Assembly: GCA_030698625.1 (NCBI GenBank)
Contig: JAUYMS010000027.1
Span: forward strand, 39,781-103,780
Reading direction: 5' to 3'
DNA length: 64,000 nucleotides
Source: Candidatus Omnitrophota bacterium
GTDB taxonomy: Bacteria > Omnitrophota > Omnitrophia > Omnitrophales > Aquincolibacteriaceae
This document shows positions 39,495 through 48,694 of this stretch, in pieces. Position numbers and translations under genes: made by a program. The notes under the pieces were generated by a model, which made no database searches, was not told the origin of the DNA, and saw only the letters and a program-made list of their open reading frames with translations. Each line of letters opens with the position of its first letter. Positions within the stretch are counted from its first letter, which is position 1.

Positions 39495-40222
39495 GAAATT
39501 TTTCTTGCCTCAAAGTGGAAAAGCTGGCCGGTGACTTGTTTCATTTGATCCGAACAGAGATAGATAAGAAAATCGGCAACTTCTTCGGGATCCGAATACT
39601 CACCAAGCGGACTTGCGGCCAGATTTTGATCGATAACCGCCTGAGACATTCCTTCGGTCATTTTCGATTTCATAAACCCCGGATTCAGCGCATTCACCAA
39701 AACCCTCCTCCTTCCGATTTCGGAGGCCAGGGACCTCGTAAGCGCAATGAGACCCGCTTTAGCCGCTGCATAATTTGAGGTTCCGTAACCTCCCGTCAAC
39801 GCAACGCGGCTCGTTATCATCCAAACTTTGCTGCCAGGCTTCTTTAAAAGCAGCCTGAGCAGCTTCTTTGTCAGGTAGTACGGCGCTTTCAGATCGACGT
39901 TGAGGACGATATCCCAATCTTCGTCACTCATATCACGTATGAGATTATCCCGTACCGCCGCCGCATTATGAATGAGAACATCAATCGACTTGATGTCTCC
40001 TTTTACGTCCCTCACGAATGCGTCTATCGACATAATAGCGCCGAGATCCACCTCAAAACCCTTGGCTCCCGCTTCGATGAGTTGGTCGGCTTTATGCTTA
40101 TTGCTAAAGTAAGTAAAGTAGACAACGGCGTTTTCATGAAGGGCTTTGCGCACAAAAGCTTCGCCGAGTCGCGAAGTGCCGCCGGTAATGAGGATAATTT
40201 TCCCGCTGAGGACCTTTTCCAA
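39491..40222 (-). CDS. FabG-like SDR 3-oxoacyl reductase inside the biotin operon
   Basis: TGGTSRLG, HNAA, NYAAAK, NPGF. Confidence 0.85.
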   Translation of the reverse strand: MEKVLSGKIILITGGTSRLGEAFVRKALHENAVVYFTYFSNKHKADQLIEAGAKGFEVDLGAIMSIDAFVRDVKGDIKSIDVLIHNAAAVRDNLIRDMSDEDWDIVLNVDLKAPYYLTKKLLRLLLKKPGSKVWMITSRVALTGGYGTSNYAAAKAGLIALTRSLASEIGRRRVLVNALNPGFMKSKMTEGMSQAVIDQNLAASPLGEYSDPEEVADFLIYLCSDQMKQVTGQLFHFEARKIS

Positions 40223-40225
40223 GAT

Positions 40226-41251
40226 TTAAGGGGTAGGACTGACCGTCGTCGGTTCTTTCTGCTCTTTGGCAGCTTTCGGCCGGAAACCCGCCCGCCTTAA
40301 CATTTCCATATCCTGCTGCATGGGGTTTCCCTGTGTTGTCAAATATCCCCCCACGATCATTCCATTGGCTCCGCCCCGAAGCGCCATCTCCTGATAATGA
40401 GCTCCCAGATTTGATTCCCTTCCTCCTGCCAGCTTAATATTCGCCTTCGGGTGGACGAAGCGAAAAACCGCCAAAGTCTTTACCATTTCAAGCGGATCCG
40501 GTGCCGGCTGAGCTTCTAGCGGAGTCCCCGGTCGCGGATTGAGAATATTCATCGGTAGACAATGTGGGGCAAAAGGTTTTAATTCGAAAGCGAGTTTGAC
40601 CCTGTCTTCACGGGTCTCGCCCATTCCGAGAATGCCGCCGGAACATATTTCGACATTCCCGTCTTGTAACATCCGCAGGGTCTCCAAGCGTTTGTCATAA
40701 TTATGCGTCGTTACGATGTTGGGATAAAATTCGCGGGAGCTTTGCAGATTGTCATTAAAGCGTCTGAGACCCGCCTCTTTAAGGCGATTGACCCGTTGCG
40801 GCGTCAAAAAACCGAGAGACCCGTCCAAGCTGAGCGAGGTCTCTTCCCCAAGTCGCCGGTACATTTCGAGCACCCTTTCAAACTCCTGATCATTGAGCTC
40901 CCCGCCGCTCGTCACAATACAAAAGTTCTGCGTACCCTTTTTTTCAAAGTCCTTGGCAGCTTGCACCACCTCTTCGACCGGCATGAGTCCGTAGCGATCG
41001 GCTGTAGTGTCGAAACGAACCGACTGCGAACAGAAAGAGCAATCTTCGCCGCACATATAACTTTTCGCGTTAATAAGCGAGCAGAGGCCCGGTTCGTCTG
41101 AGTTGAAGTGATGAGTAATTTCTCGAGCGGCAGCGAGGAGAAGATCCAGGTCTTCACGATCTTCGATCTCTATCAACCGCACGGCCTCATCAAAACTAAC
41201 TTCGCCGCCCTCAAGCACACGGAATTTTAATGCCTGAATAAAGTCTTCCAT
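40226..41251 (-). CDS. bioB: Biotin synthase
   Basis: CGEDCSFCSQS radical-SAM motif, CSGGILGMGET, AGGRE, YLTT.G. Confidence 0.96.
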   Translation of the reverse strand: MEDFIQALKFRVLEGGEVSFDEAVRLIEIEDREDLDLLLAAAREITHHFNSDEPGLCSLINAKSYMCGEDCSFCSQSVRFDTTADRYGLMPVEEVVQAAKDFEKKGTQNFCIVTSGGELNDQEFERVLEMYRRLGEETSLSLDGSLGFLTPQRVNRLKEAGLRRFNDNLQSSREFYPNIVTTHNYDKRLETLRMLQDGNVEICSGGILGMGETREDRVKLAFELKPFAPHCLPMNILNPRPGTPLEAQPAPDPLEMVKTLAVFRFVHPKANIKLAGGRESNLGAHYQEMALRGGANGMIVGGYLTTQGNPMQQDMEMLRRAGFRPKAAKEQKEPTTVSPTP

Positions 41252-41273
41252 TTAGAAAGCGCCTTCCTGTATT

Positions 41274-41525
41274 TTAGCCTTCGACGATATCTCCCAGAAC
41301 GGATTCTACTTTAACACCTTTTGCCTTCATTTCCTTCTCCGCCTGTTCGATATGTTCCTCGTTACCCTCGAGTTCGATCGTTGCTTCCCCGGCCTCCGCG
41401 GTAATCTTGGCCCGGCGGACATTCAACACTAGGTTCAGATCGCGGGCGATCAGAAACATAATCGGCTCCTTGATAAGATTCTGAGGAAAGTAAAGTTGAA
41501 AAGCTCTTTTAGCCACTGTGATCAC
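41274..41525 (-). CDS. Stand-alone NIL-domain protein
   Basis: LYFP..LIKEPI...LVLNVRRAKI...G...IELEG. Typical neighbour of thrC-like/moaD pairs. Confidence 0.75.
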   Translation of the reverse strand: MITVAKRAFQLYFPQNLIKEPIMFLIARDLNLVLNVRRAKITAEAGEATIELEGNEEHIEQAEKEMKAKGVKVESVLGDIVEG

Positions 41526-41797
41526 CCTCCGGCGATGGCCGGGATTATGGAAACCTGATCGCCGTCTTTGACCGCGGTCTCTTCCTGGCTTAAGAAACGG
41601 ATGTCTTCCTCGTTGAGGTAGACGTTTACGAAGCGGCGAACCTTACCTGTTTCATCGCACAGGCGATCTTTCATTCCCGGAAAACTCTTCTCGAGTTCTA
41701 CGATGAGCTCCTTGATATTGCCCGCGATGACCTCAACTTCATCCTTGTTCGATGTTAATTTCTGAAGCGGTGTTGGAATTCTAACCTTAACCGGCAT
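41522..41797 (-). CDS. MoaD/ThiS/CysO-type ubiquitin-like sulfur carrier
   Basis: VRIPTPL, RRFVNVYLNEEDIRFL, C-terminal IPAIAGG. Confidence 0.92.
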   Translation of the reverse strand: MPVKVRIPTPLQKLTSNKDEVEVIAGNIKELIVELEKSFPGMKDRLCDETGKVRRFVNVYLNEEDIRFLSQEETAVKDGDQVSIIPAIAGG

Positions 41798-41839
41798 GGT
41801 AACTCCTTTTTTGTCGTTTATTATTTGACCGCACTCCCC

Positions 41840-43084
41840 TTACAGCTTGCAGCCTGCCTTCAATACTTCTGCTTCGAAAGAGGAAAGCGACGGGGCTATG
41901 TGGATGGGCTTCCCGACGGCCTCCCGAATCGCCTCCTGAGTCTTCATTCCGTTTCCCGTAATAGCAAGGACGATGGATTCGTCAGACGGAATCTTCCCTT
42001 CATCGATAAGTTTCTTGGCGACGGCAACCGTAACCCCTCCGGCCGTCTCCGTAAATATGCCCTCAGTGCGAGCCAGCAGCTTGATCCCTTCACGAATCTC
42101 ATCGTCTGAGACGATTCCGGCAGTTCCGCCGCTCTGCTTTAAAACATCGATGGCGTAGTAACCATCCGCCGGATTCCCGATCGCCAGAGACTTGGCAATC
42201 GTGGAAGGCTTTACGGGCTTGATGGCATCATGATTCCCCAAAAACGCTGTGGCAATCGGAGAACACCCTTCGGCCTGTGCCAGGTGAACCTTTGTCCTGA
42301 GTTCTCCCTCCAAAAGCCCTAGTTTGTCGAATTCCTTGAGGGACTTCCAGATTTTCGTGACAAGCGAGCCGCTGGCAGCGGGGGCAACAATATGCGCCGG
42401 CGCCTTCCAGCCGAGCTGTTCGGCAATCTCAAAACCCAATGTCTTGGAGCCTTCCGCGTAATAGGCTCTTATATTGATATTCACAAAGCCCCAGCGATAT
42501 TTTGCCGCGATCTCTGCGCACAAGCGATTCACATCGTCATAGTTTCCGTCGACGGCGATAAGGTTTGGCGAGTACACAAGTGTTCCGACGATTTTAGCAA
42601 TTTCCAGATTCGCGGGAATAAAGATAAACCGCTTGAAGCCCGCCCACGCGGCGTGCGCCGCGACGGCGTTGGCAAGGTTTCCAGTGGACGCGCAAGCAAC
42701 GGTGTCAAACTTCAGTTCCCGTGCCCGCGACAACGCAACTGCGACAACACGATCCTTAAACGAACACGTGGGGTGACAAACAGAATCATCCTTCACGTAG
42801 AGTTCTTTAACGCCGAGTTCTTTGCCGAGAATGTCCGCCTTTACGAGCGGCGTAAATCCGGAGTAGTAACCCGCAGCCGGTTCGCCGTCTATCGGCAGAA
42901 GATCTCGGTAACGCCAGAGGCTTTTCGGGCCGGCCTCAATTGTCTTGCGGGTTACCTTTTTGGCAAGGGCTTTATAGTCGTAGCTGACTTCGAGGGAACC
43001 GAAACAGTACTCGCAGACGTAGAGCGCCTCTTTCGGATACTCTCTATCACATTCACGGCATTTTAAACCTAGCATGTAGGACAT
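41840..43084 (-). CDS. Threonine synthase-like PLP enzyme (possibly a sulfur-carrier-dependent homocysteine synthase)
   Basis: CxxC..CxxC, PTCSFKDR, CASTGNLANA, EGSKT, SLAIGNPADG. Confidence 0.85.
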   Translation of the reverse strand: MSYMLGLKCRECDREYPKEALYVCEYCFGSLEVSYDYKALAKKVTRKTIEAGPKSLWRYRDLLPIDGEPAAGYYSGFTPLVKADILGKELGVKELYVKDDSVCHPTCSFKDRVVAVALSRARELKFDTVACASTGNLANAVAAHAAWAGFKRFIFIPANLEIAKIVGTLVYSPNLIAVDGNYDDVNRLCAEIAAKYRWGFVNINIRAYYAEGSKTLGFEIAEQLGWKAPAHIVAPAASGSLVTKIWKSLKEFDKLGLLEGELRTKVHLAQAEGCSPIATAFLGNHDAIKPVKPSTIAKSLAIGNPADGYYAIDVLKQSGGTAGIVSDDEIREGIKLLARTEGIFTETAGGVTVAVAKKLIDEGKIPSDESIVLAITGNGMKTQEAIREAVGKPIHIAPSLSSFEAEVLKAGCKL

Positions 43085-43095
43085 AATTTTCCGGC

Positions 43096-44061
43096 CTAAG
43101 TCTTAAATTTATCGTCCATGCTGAGGTAGCGCTCCCCCGTGTCACAGATGATCGCCACAACGTTTTTGCCCGGCCCGAGCCGCTTAGCGACTTGCACCGC
43201 TGCGTGAAAAATAGCCCCCGTCGAAATACCGCTGAGAATCCCCTCACGCTTTGCCAAATCGAGCATGACATTCCAGGCATCCTGATCTTCGACCTGAATC
43301 ACCTCATCGACGATGGATTGATTCATGACTTCCGGCACAAAACCGGCACCGATGCCCTGAATCTTGTGCTTGCCGGGACTTCCTCCGGAAAGGACCGGCG
43401 ACGATGCCGGTTCCACGGCAATAATTTTGATTTGCGGGTTTCTTTTTTTAAAAACCTCGCCGCATCCGGTAATGGTACCCCCCGTACCCACCCCCGAAAC
43501 GAAGGCGTCAATTTTTCCATCAAGCGCCGTCCAGATTTCTTCAGCCGTTGTCTCGCGGTGAATTTTTGGATTGGCAGGGTTTGAAAACTGCTGTGGGGTA
43601 AAGGTGTTGTCTTCTTTTGCCGCCAGCTCTTCGGCCTTCGCCATAGCGCCCTTCATCCCCTCGGCACCAGGAGTCAAAACGAGGCCGGCACCAAAACGTT
43701 CCAACACGCGCCGCCTTTCAACACTCATGGTATCGGGCATCGTTAGTGTCAGACGATAGCCCTTTACGGCGCAAACCAAGGCGAGACCGATCCCCGTGTT
43801 ACCCGAAGTTGGTTCGATGATATGGGTGTCTTTGTTAACCAGACCCTTTTCCTCGGCATCCAGGATCATGCTGAGACAGATCCGATCCTTGACGCTGTAG
43901 CCCGGAGTAAAAGCCTCTAACTTCCCATAGAGCGTCGCGCTTTCGGGTTTCGTTAGTTTGTTAATCTTAATAAGCGGCGTATTGTAGATTAAATCCAGCG
44001 CCGTCTCTGCAATTAACGGCTTTGTTCCGATTTTTGTGGGGGTAGTCGTCATAGCGGTCAC
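43096..44061 (-). CDS. cysK: Cysteine synthase A
   Basis: SVKDRI, EPTSGNTGIGLA, GVGTGGT, HKIQGIGAGF, DTGERYLS. Confidence 0.95.
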   Translation of the reverse strand: MTAMTTTPTKIGTKPLIAETALDLIYNTPLIKINKLTKPESATLYGKLEAFTPGYSVKDRICLSMILDAEEKGLVNKDTHIIEPTSGNTGIGLALVCAVKGYRLTLTMPDTMSVERRRVLERFGAGLVLTPGAEGMKGAMAKAEELAAKEDNTFTPQQFSNPANPKIHRETTAEEIWTALDGKIDAFVSGVGTGGTITGCGEVFKKRNPQIKIIAVEPASSPVLSGGSPGKHKIQGIGAGFVPEVMNQSIVDEVIQVEDQDAWNVMLDLAKREGILSGISTGAIFHAAVQVAKRLGPGKNVVAIICDTGERYLSMDDKFKT

Positions 44062-44070
44062 CTTCCTTGA

Positions 44071-44829
44071 TTAAATTCCGTCCGCCACATGTTGCGGCGG
44101 CTCTTTGTCTTTTTCTTCCTTTTCTTTAACTTCCTTGAATGTATGAATGCCGCATTCCGTCTTTGTCTTGCCCGCCCAGCGGCCCGCGCGTTCGTCGTCG
44201 CCCGGTTGTGCCGCACGCGTGCAGGGCCAGCAACCGATGCTCAGATAGCCGCGCTCGTAAAGCGGGTGCTGCGGGATGTTGTGCTCGTTTAGATACCACC
44301 AGGCATCACGCGAGGTAAAGTTGGCCAGTGGGCTGATCTTGTAAATTTCGCCCTCATATTCTTCCACAAAGCGAATAGATTTCCGATAATCGGTCTGATG
44401 ACGGCGAATTCCGCTCATCCAAGCCTCATAACCTTTAATGGCTTCGTCCAGAGGCTCGACCTTGTTGATTTGGCAGCACAGATCGGGGTCCCTATCGTAG
44501 GGAACTCCTTCATGTTTGGCCACGATCTCCGCCTTACGTGCCGAGTCGGCTCGCAGGTCGATCACATTCTTTAGACCAAAGAGACCCGCTAGCTTGTCGC
44601 GATAAGCGAGCGTTTCCGGAAAATGGTAACCCGTTTCCAGAAAAAGCACCGGCACCGTCTTATCCGCTCGGCTCAACATGTGTAAAAGGACACCGCTCTC
44701 GGGACCAAAAGACGAGGTTATCGCGATACGACCGGCGAATTCCTTCGCCGCCCAGTCTACAATCTCCTGCTGAGTTTTATTTTCGAACTCCCTATTGAGT
44801 TTTTCCAGCGCCAGTTTGTGTGTCAACAC
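44071..44829 (-). CDS. cysH: APS/PAPS reductase (4Fe-4S type)
   Basis: TSSFG, LETGYHF, CC..NKVEPL, SIGCWPCT, ECGIH. Confidence 0.93.
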   Translation of the reverse strand: MLTHKLALEKLNREFENKTQQEIVDWAAKEFAGRIAITSSFGPESGVLLHMLSRADKTVPVLFLETGYHFPETLAYRDKLAGLFGLKNVIDLRADSARKAEIVAKHEGVPYDRDPDLCCQINKVEPLDEAIKGYEAWMSGIRRHQTDYRKSIRFVEEYEGEIYKISPLANFTSRDAWWYLNEHNIPQHPLYERGYLSIGCWPCTRAAQPGDDERAGRWAGKTKTECGIHTFKEVKEKEEKDKEPPQHVADGI

Positions 44830-45422
44830 GGGGTTCCTCTGCCTGCCTTACTGCCATTGAAGGCAATATAACCGAGCTCATTGAGACGTCTGATAACTTT
44901 CTCAGCGGATTGTTCTGCGGATTCATCTTCCGTGTCACAAATCACCTCAGCATTTAACGGCTCTTCGTACGGGTCATTGACGCCGGTAAATTCTTGAATT
45001 TCGCCGGCTTTGGCCTTCTTGTAGAGGCCTTTAACGTCACGTTTTTCGCACTCCTCAATAGAAGCACGCACAAACACCTCTACGAAGTTCCCGATCAATC
45101 TGCGGTTGTAGTCGCGAGCTTCGCGATAAGGAGAGATAACGGAAGCAATAGCGATAACGCCATTGCGGCTCAAAAGCTGGCAGATAAAACCAACCCGTTT
45201 GATATTCGTACCCCGATCTTCCCGCGAAAATCCCAGCCCCTTACTCAGATTAGTTCGGATAACATCTCCGTCAAGCAGTTCTACCTTGAGACTCCACTTG
45301 CGAAATTGGCGTTCGACAATGCGTGCGATCGTTGATTTCCCAGAACTCGGAAGTCCCGTAAACCAAACCGTAACTCCTTTCACAGAAACAACATCTGTCT
45401 GATCCCGCACTGATCCACTCAT
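44823..45422 (-). CDS. cysC: Adenylyl-sulfate kinase
   Basis: WFTGLPSSGKST, LDGD, ISPY, RDVKGLY, FTGVNDPYEEP. Confidence 0.96.
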   Translation of the reverse strand: MSGSVRDQTDVVSVKGVTVWFTGLPSSGKSTIARIVERQFRKWSLKVELLDGDVIRTNLSKGLGFSREDRGTNIKRVGFICQLLSRNGVIAIASVISPYREARDYNRRLIGNFVEVFVRASIEECEKRDVKGLYKKAKAGEIQEFTGVNDPYEEPLNAEVICDTEDESAEQSAEKVIRRLNELGYIAFNGSKAGRGTPC

Positions 45423-45518
45423 GAGACACAACTCCCTTTTCGACGTCCTATCCCTATATAAAATAAAAACTTAGATAATGATGCTTCGCTGCGAAGCGTG
45501 GATAGAAAAAGAGAAATT

Positions 45519-45547
45519 ACTATACACCGAAAGCTAGGGGGTGTCAA
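45519..45547 (-). promoter_or_regulatory. Near-consensus sigma70 promoter of the cys/bio superoperon
   Basis: Minus strand TTGACA-N17-TATAGT. Confidence 0.75.
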
Positions 45548-45755
45548 CGGTTCCGGATTGCGGTAACTCTTTTAGATGAAAGAGGTTAGGCTGTTCTCGG
45601 ACGCCTTGCGAGGAAATACCCCAAGTAAAAAACAGCCAGCGACGCTACGAATAGGGTGATGGCACCCCGCTCATCGCGCTCAAAATGGCCCACCCAGATG
45701 GCCGAGGGCATCACAAGCAGCCCGATGCCCTGAAAGATACGGCCGGCCCTGTGAA

Positions 45756-46214
45756 TCATTTCAGGACTTCGGCTTTGCCGAAACCACCATACCAGTGAAT
45801 TTCGCGCAACGGCATACTATAAAAATGGAAATCCGCTAGGCCGAAGAAAATTTCAGAACGGGGAAAGACTTTCATATACCGCCCCTTTAGAGACTCGTGA
45901 TTTTCACGGCCCAGGACGGCTTCGACAGTCCCGAGCGCCGTCAGTCTTTTTCTTTCATGAATCGAGAGCGACACCTCAGCTTCGACAACCAGGAGGCTCG
46001 CTTCCGGATTTTTCCTAAGGTTACGCGTGTGGCGGGCCAGATCACTCATCAGATAATAGACTTTGCCTAGCCCCTTTTCGCTCTCGCTATCGTCGTAAAG
46101 AAATCCGGTCGCGGAGACATAAGGCCTGTTTTCCTCCATCGTCCCGAGAGCACCGTCAATCGCTTTAGCAAGCAGCGTCTTGGCTTCCTGGAATGCCGGC
46201 AGAGTTTCGGTCAT
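45756..46214 (-). CDS. Pyridoxamine-5'-phosphate oxidase-like split-barrel protein (HugZ/HutZ-like)
   Basis: PYVS, MSDLARHTRNL..NPEASLL, RLT..G, DF.FY, GGFGKA. Confidence 0.8.
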   Translation of the reverse strand: MTETLPAFQEAKTLLAKAIDGALGTMEENRPYVSATGFLYDDSESEKGLGKVYYLMSDLARHTRNLRKNPEASLLVVEAEVSLSIHERKRLTALGTVEAVLGRENHESLKGRYMKVFPRSEIFFGLADFHFYSMPLREIHWYGGFGKAEVLK

Positions 46215-47000
46215 CTAAAGCCTCCCATCGAGACGAAGCCATTTGGATTCTTCATACGGCGGCAGATCTTGCGATCCGATCACGTCGACATCCTTGATGC
46301 GTGTCACGTCGAAATCCAGGGAAGCCCGGTCATAGACACCGATAATCTCTGACCGGTGCACCACGAAAAGATCCGAAATGCGGGTTCCATCATCAAGAAC
46401 GGCGGTAATCAAGTGCCCTTCGCGCAGCGTTGGCGGAATGCCCTGTAGTTTTTCGCACAGCGAGCTCGGAAGACTTCGCTCGGATTTCTTTACAAAAATA
46501 CTTCGGAAGATCGGTTTCGTGTTTGCTTGGCGCTCGAGTGCCGCCTTAAAGATCTCGTCGGTTTTCCGGTACATCCAAACCAAAAGAGGCATGAGCGACA
46601 CCAGCCATGTCGCCAAGACTGCCTTTACCCAGGCGGGCTCGAACCCTCCCCCCTCACGCACGGCAATGCGGTCACGATAGTAGAAGCTCCAGGCCAAACA
46701 ACTTGCGATAAGAACTCCGACAAAGTAATTCATCGATACTTGCCAGAGGGCGGCGGCCTTCTCTTGGTCGTCATTGAAGCGTTTCCAAATCCGTTCCTTC
46801 TTACGCATGAAGGGAATCAAAAAGAGGAACCAGCTTCCAAATACCGCGAGGCACCAGGTGAGTTCGAGTTCGTTCTTCTCAATACGGCCGAAGACCGACC
46901 CCAAAAGAAGAGTCCAGAAAATGGCGGATACTGCGAAGGCACCGGCGAAGGAGAGAATCCATTTGAGCCAGAAAGTAAAACCGAAGGACTCGTGAGCCAT
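46215..47000 (-). CDS. Hypothetical membrane protein (4 TM plus soluble C-terminal domain)
   Basis: 261-aa ORF abutting both neighbours, with Trp-rich hydrophobic segments. Confidence 0.65.
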   Translation of the reverse strand: MAHESFGFTFWLKWILSFAGAFAVSAIFWTLLLGSVFGRIEKNELELTWCLAVFGSWFLFLIPFMRKKERIWKRFNDDQEKAAALWQVSMNYFVGVLIASCLAWSFYYRDRIAVREGGGFEPAWVKAVLATWLVSLMPLLVWMYRKTDEIFKAALERQANTKPIFRSIFVKKSERSLPSSLCEKLQGIPPTLREGHLITAVLDDGTRISDLFVVHRSEIIGVYDRASLDFDVTRIKDVDVIGSQDLPPYEESKWLRLDGRL

Positions 47001-47001
47001 A

Positions 47002-47469
47002 TTAGAATCCCTTATCGTACTTATGGCCCTCCACTTCCATGTATTTTTTATGGGCCTCCTGGGCTTGGGGGAAAGGCATCTTCTTTAGGGTGTGTGCGGC
47101 ATAGAAACGCGTCATTGAGTCGGGCGCCTTTGTCGCCACAATCAGCGGACGTAGGGCCTTTTCTCCATAGACCTGCAGAGAACTCATGGCGCGGTAACGA
47201 ACCGTCTTGGACTCATCGGCCAGGCCTTCAATAAGGATCGGAATAGCAACGTCGGGTTTTGTCGTCCTTCGCCCCAACTCAGCATAGGCCATAGCACGTT
47301 CACGCATGTCAGTGTTATCAGTATCATCAATGATTTCTTCGTATGTGGTCTCATCGCCATAGGGAGAGCGCGAGCAACCGATAAGCGGAACTAACGCGAC
47401 GGCAAGAAAAAGGAGGGTGGTGTATTGCCGGTGAACAGCTCGTCTGTGCGGAGAAAATTTTGATAACAT
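47002..47469 (-). CDS. HEAT-repeat lipoprotein
   Basis: Lipobox-like LIGC. AIPILIEGLAD...VRYRA and ALRPLI...TRFYAA HEAT units. Confidence 0.7.
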   Translation of the reverse strand: MLSKFSPHRRAVHRQYTTLLFLAVALVPLIGCSRSPYGDETTYEEIIDDTDNTDMRERAMAYAELGRRTTKPDVAIPILIEGLADESKTVRYRAMSSLQVYGEKALRPLIVATKAPDSMTRFYAAHTLKKMPFPQAQEAHKKYMEVEGHKYDKGF

Positions 47470-47492
47470 AGGTAGTAACCTCTCTTGCTGCG

Positions 47493-47909
47493 TTAGGTCA
47501 TGTGATAGAGCATCGCGTAAACCAGGACCCCCGTGACCGAGACATAAAGCCAAATCGGGAAGGTTATTCTAGCAATTCTTACGTGCTTTTCAAACTGGCC
47601 TTTTATCCCCCACCACATGGTCAGAAGTACCATCGGTACTATGGCCAAAGCCAGAACGGAGTGAGAAATCAAGAGCGTAAAGTAAACAACACGGCTCCAC
47701 CCTTGTCCTGCAAAGCCTGTCGACCCATGATAATAATGATAAAAGAGATAAGAAACCAGAAAAATCGAAGACATTAAAAAAGCCCCGACCATACACAGGA
47801 CATGGGCTTTCATTGCATTCTGCCGGATAAAGACATACCCCAAAATGAGGAGGAAGGCACTGGCGACATTCAGCGCCGCATTCATGGCAGGCCATCTAAG
47901 AAATTCCAC
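47493..47909 (-). CDS. DUF420/CtaM-YozB family membrane protein
   Basis: PAMNAALN, H..CM, FLVSYL.YH, ISHSVLA, IWLYVSVTG. Confidence 0.88.
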   Translation of the reverse strand: MEFLRWPAMNAALNVASAFLLILGYVFIRQNAMKAHVLCMVGAFLMSSIFLVSYLFYHYYHGSTGFAGQGWSRVVYFTLLISHSVLALAIVPMVLLTMWWGIKGQFEKHVRIARITFPIWLYVSVTGVLVYAMLYHMT

Positions 47910-47920
47910 GCTAAAACCCT

Positions 47921-48694
47921 CTACCTGACATCCTCGGCCCTGCCCCGGGAGGCTACCCAGGCCGCAAAAACCATTAGAGCAATTCCAAAAACTACGGTCA
48001 CGATCACGCAGAGCCCTAACGGGGGCGCCGCTGCGGTTTCGTCATAAAGCGATGTTCGCAGTGCAGCCAATCCGTAACGCAGGGGGTTCAGCTTCATGAC
48101 TATCTGAATCCATGCGGGGGAACCTTCAGGCGGGAAAAGAGCCCCTGAGAGCAGCCATAACGGAATGAGTAACAAGTTCATAACAGCGTGAAATCCCTGA
48201 ATGGAGTGCAGGCGCCAAGCAATGACGAATCCAAGCGCGGTCAATGCCACTGAATTCAAGAATAGAACGGCAAGAACTAACAGCCATCCCGAAAGATCCT
48301 GATGAATTCCCATAAGCGGAGCAAACAACAGGAACAGGATGCCTTGCGAACAGGCCAGAGTTGCTCCTCCCAGAATCTTTCCCGTAACCAGCCCCAGGCG
48401 CGAGACCGGCGCCACAAGCACGGATTGCAGAAAACCCTCGCGCCGGTCCTGAATAAGGGAAATAGTCGAAAATATCGCCGTAAACAAAAGTATCAGAAAA
48501 AGAGTCCCCGGATAAAAATACTGCAGGTAATCGCCTCCGGAACTGCCCGCAAAAGAAGACCCGACACCGGAGCCGATGAGCAGCCAGAAGACCAGGGGCG
48601 ATCCGAGCGCGCCCACGACGCGACTCGGCTGGCGATAAAACCGTACGATTTCACGGCTCCAAAGTGAATAAATCGGCAGCACCTTCGAGATCAC
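47921..48694 (-). CDS. ABC-2 type transporter permease
   Basis: REIVRF.R, DRREGFLQSVLVAPVSR, LSGALFP, NPLRYG. Confidence 0.9.
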   Translation of the reverse strand: MISKVLPIYSLWSREIVRFYRQPSRVVGALGSPLVFWLLIGSGVGSSFAGSSGGDYLQYFYPGTLFLILLFTAIFSTISLIQDRREGFLQSVLVAPVSRLGLVTGKILGGATLACSQGILFLLFAPLMGIHQDLSGWLLVLAVLFLNSVALTALGFVIAWRLHSIQGFHAVMNLLLIPLWLLSGALFPPEGSPAWIQIVMKLNPLRYGLAALRTSLYDETAAAPPLGLCVIVTVVFGIALMVFAAWVASRGRAEDVR

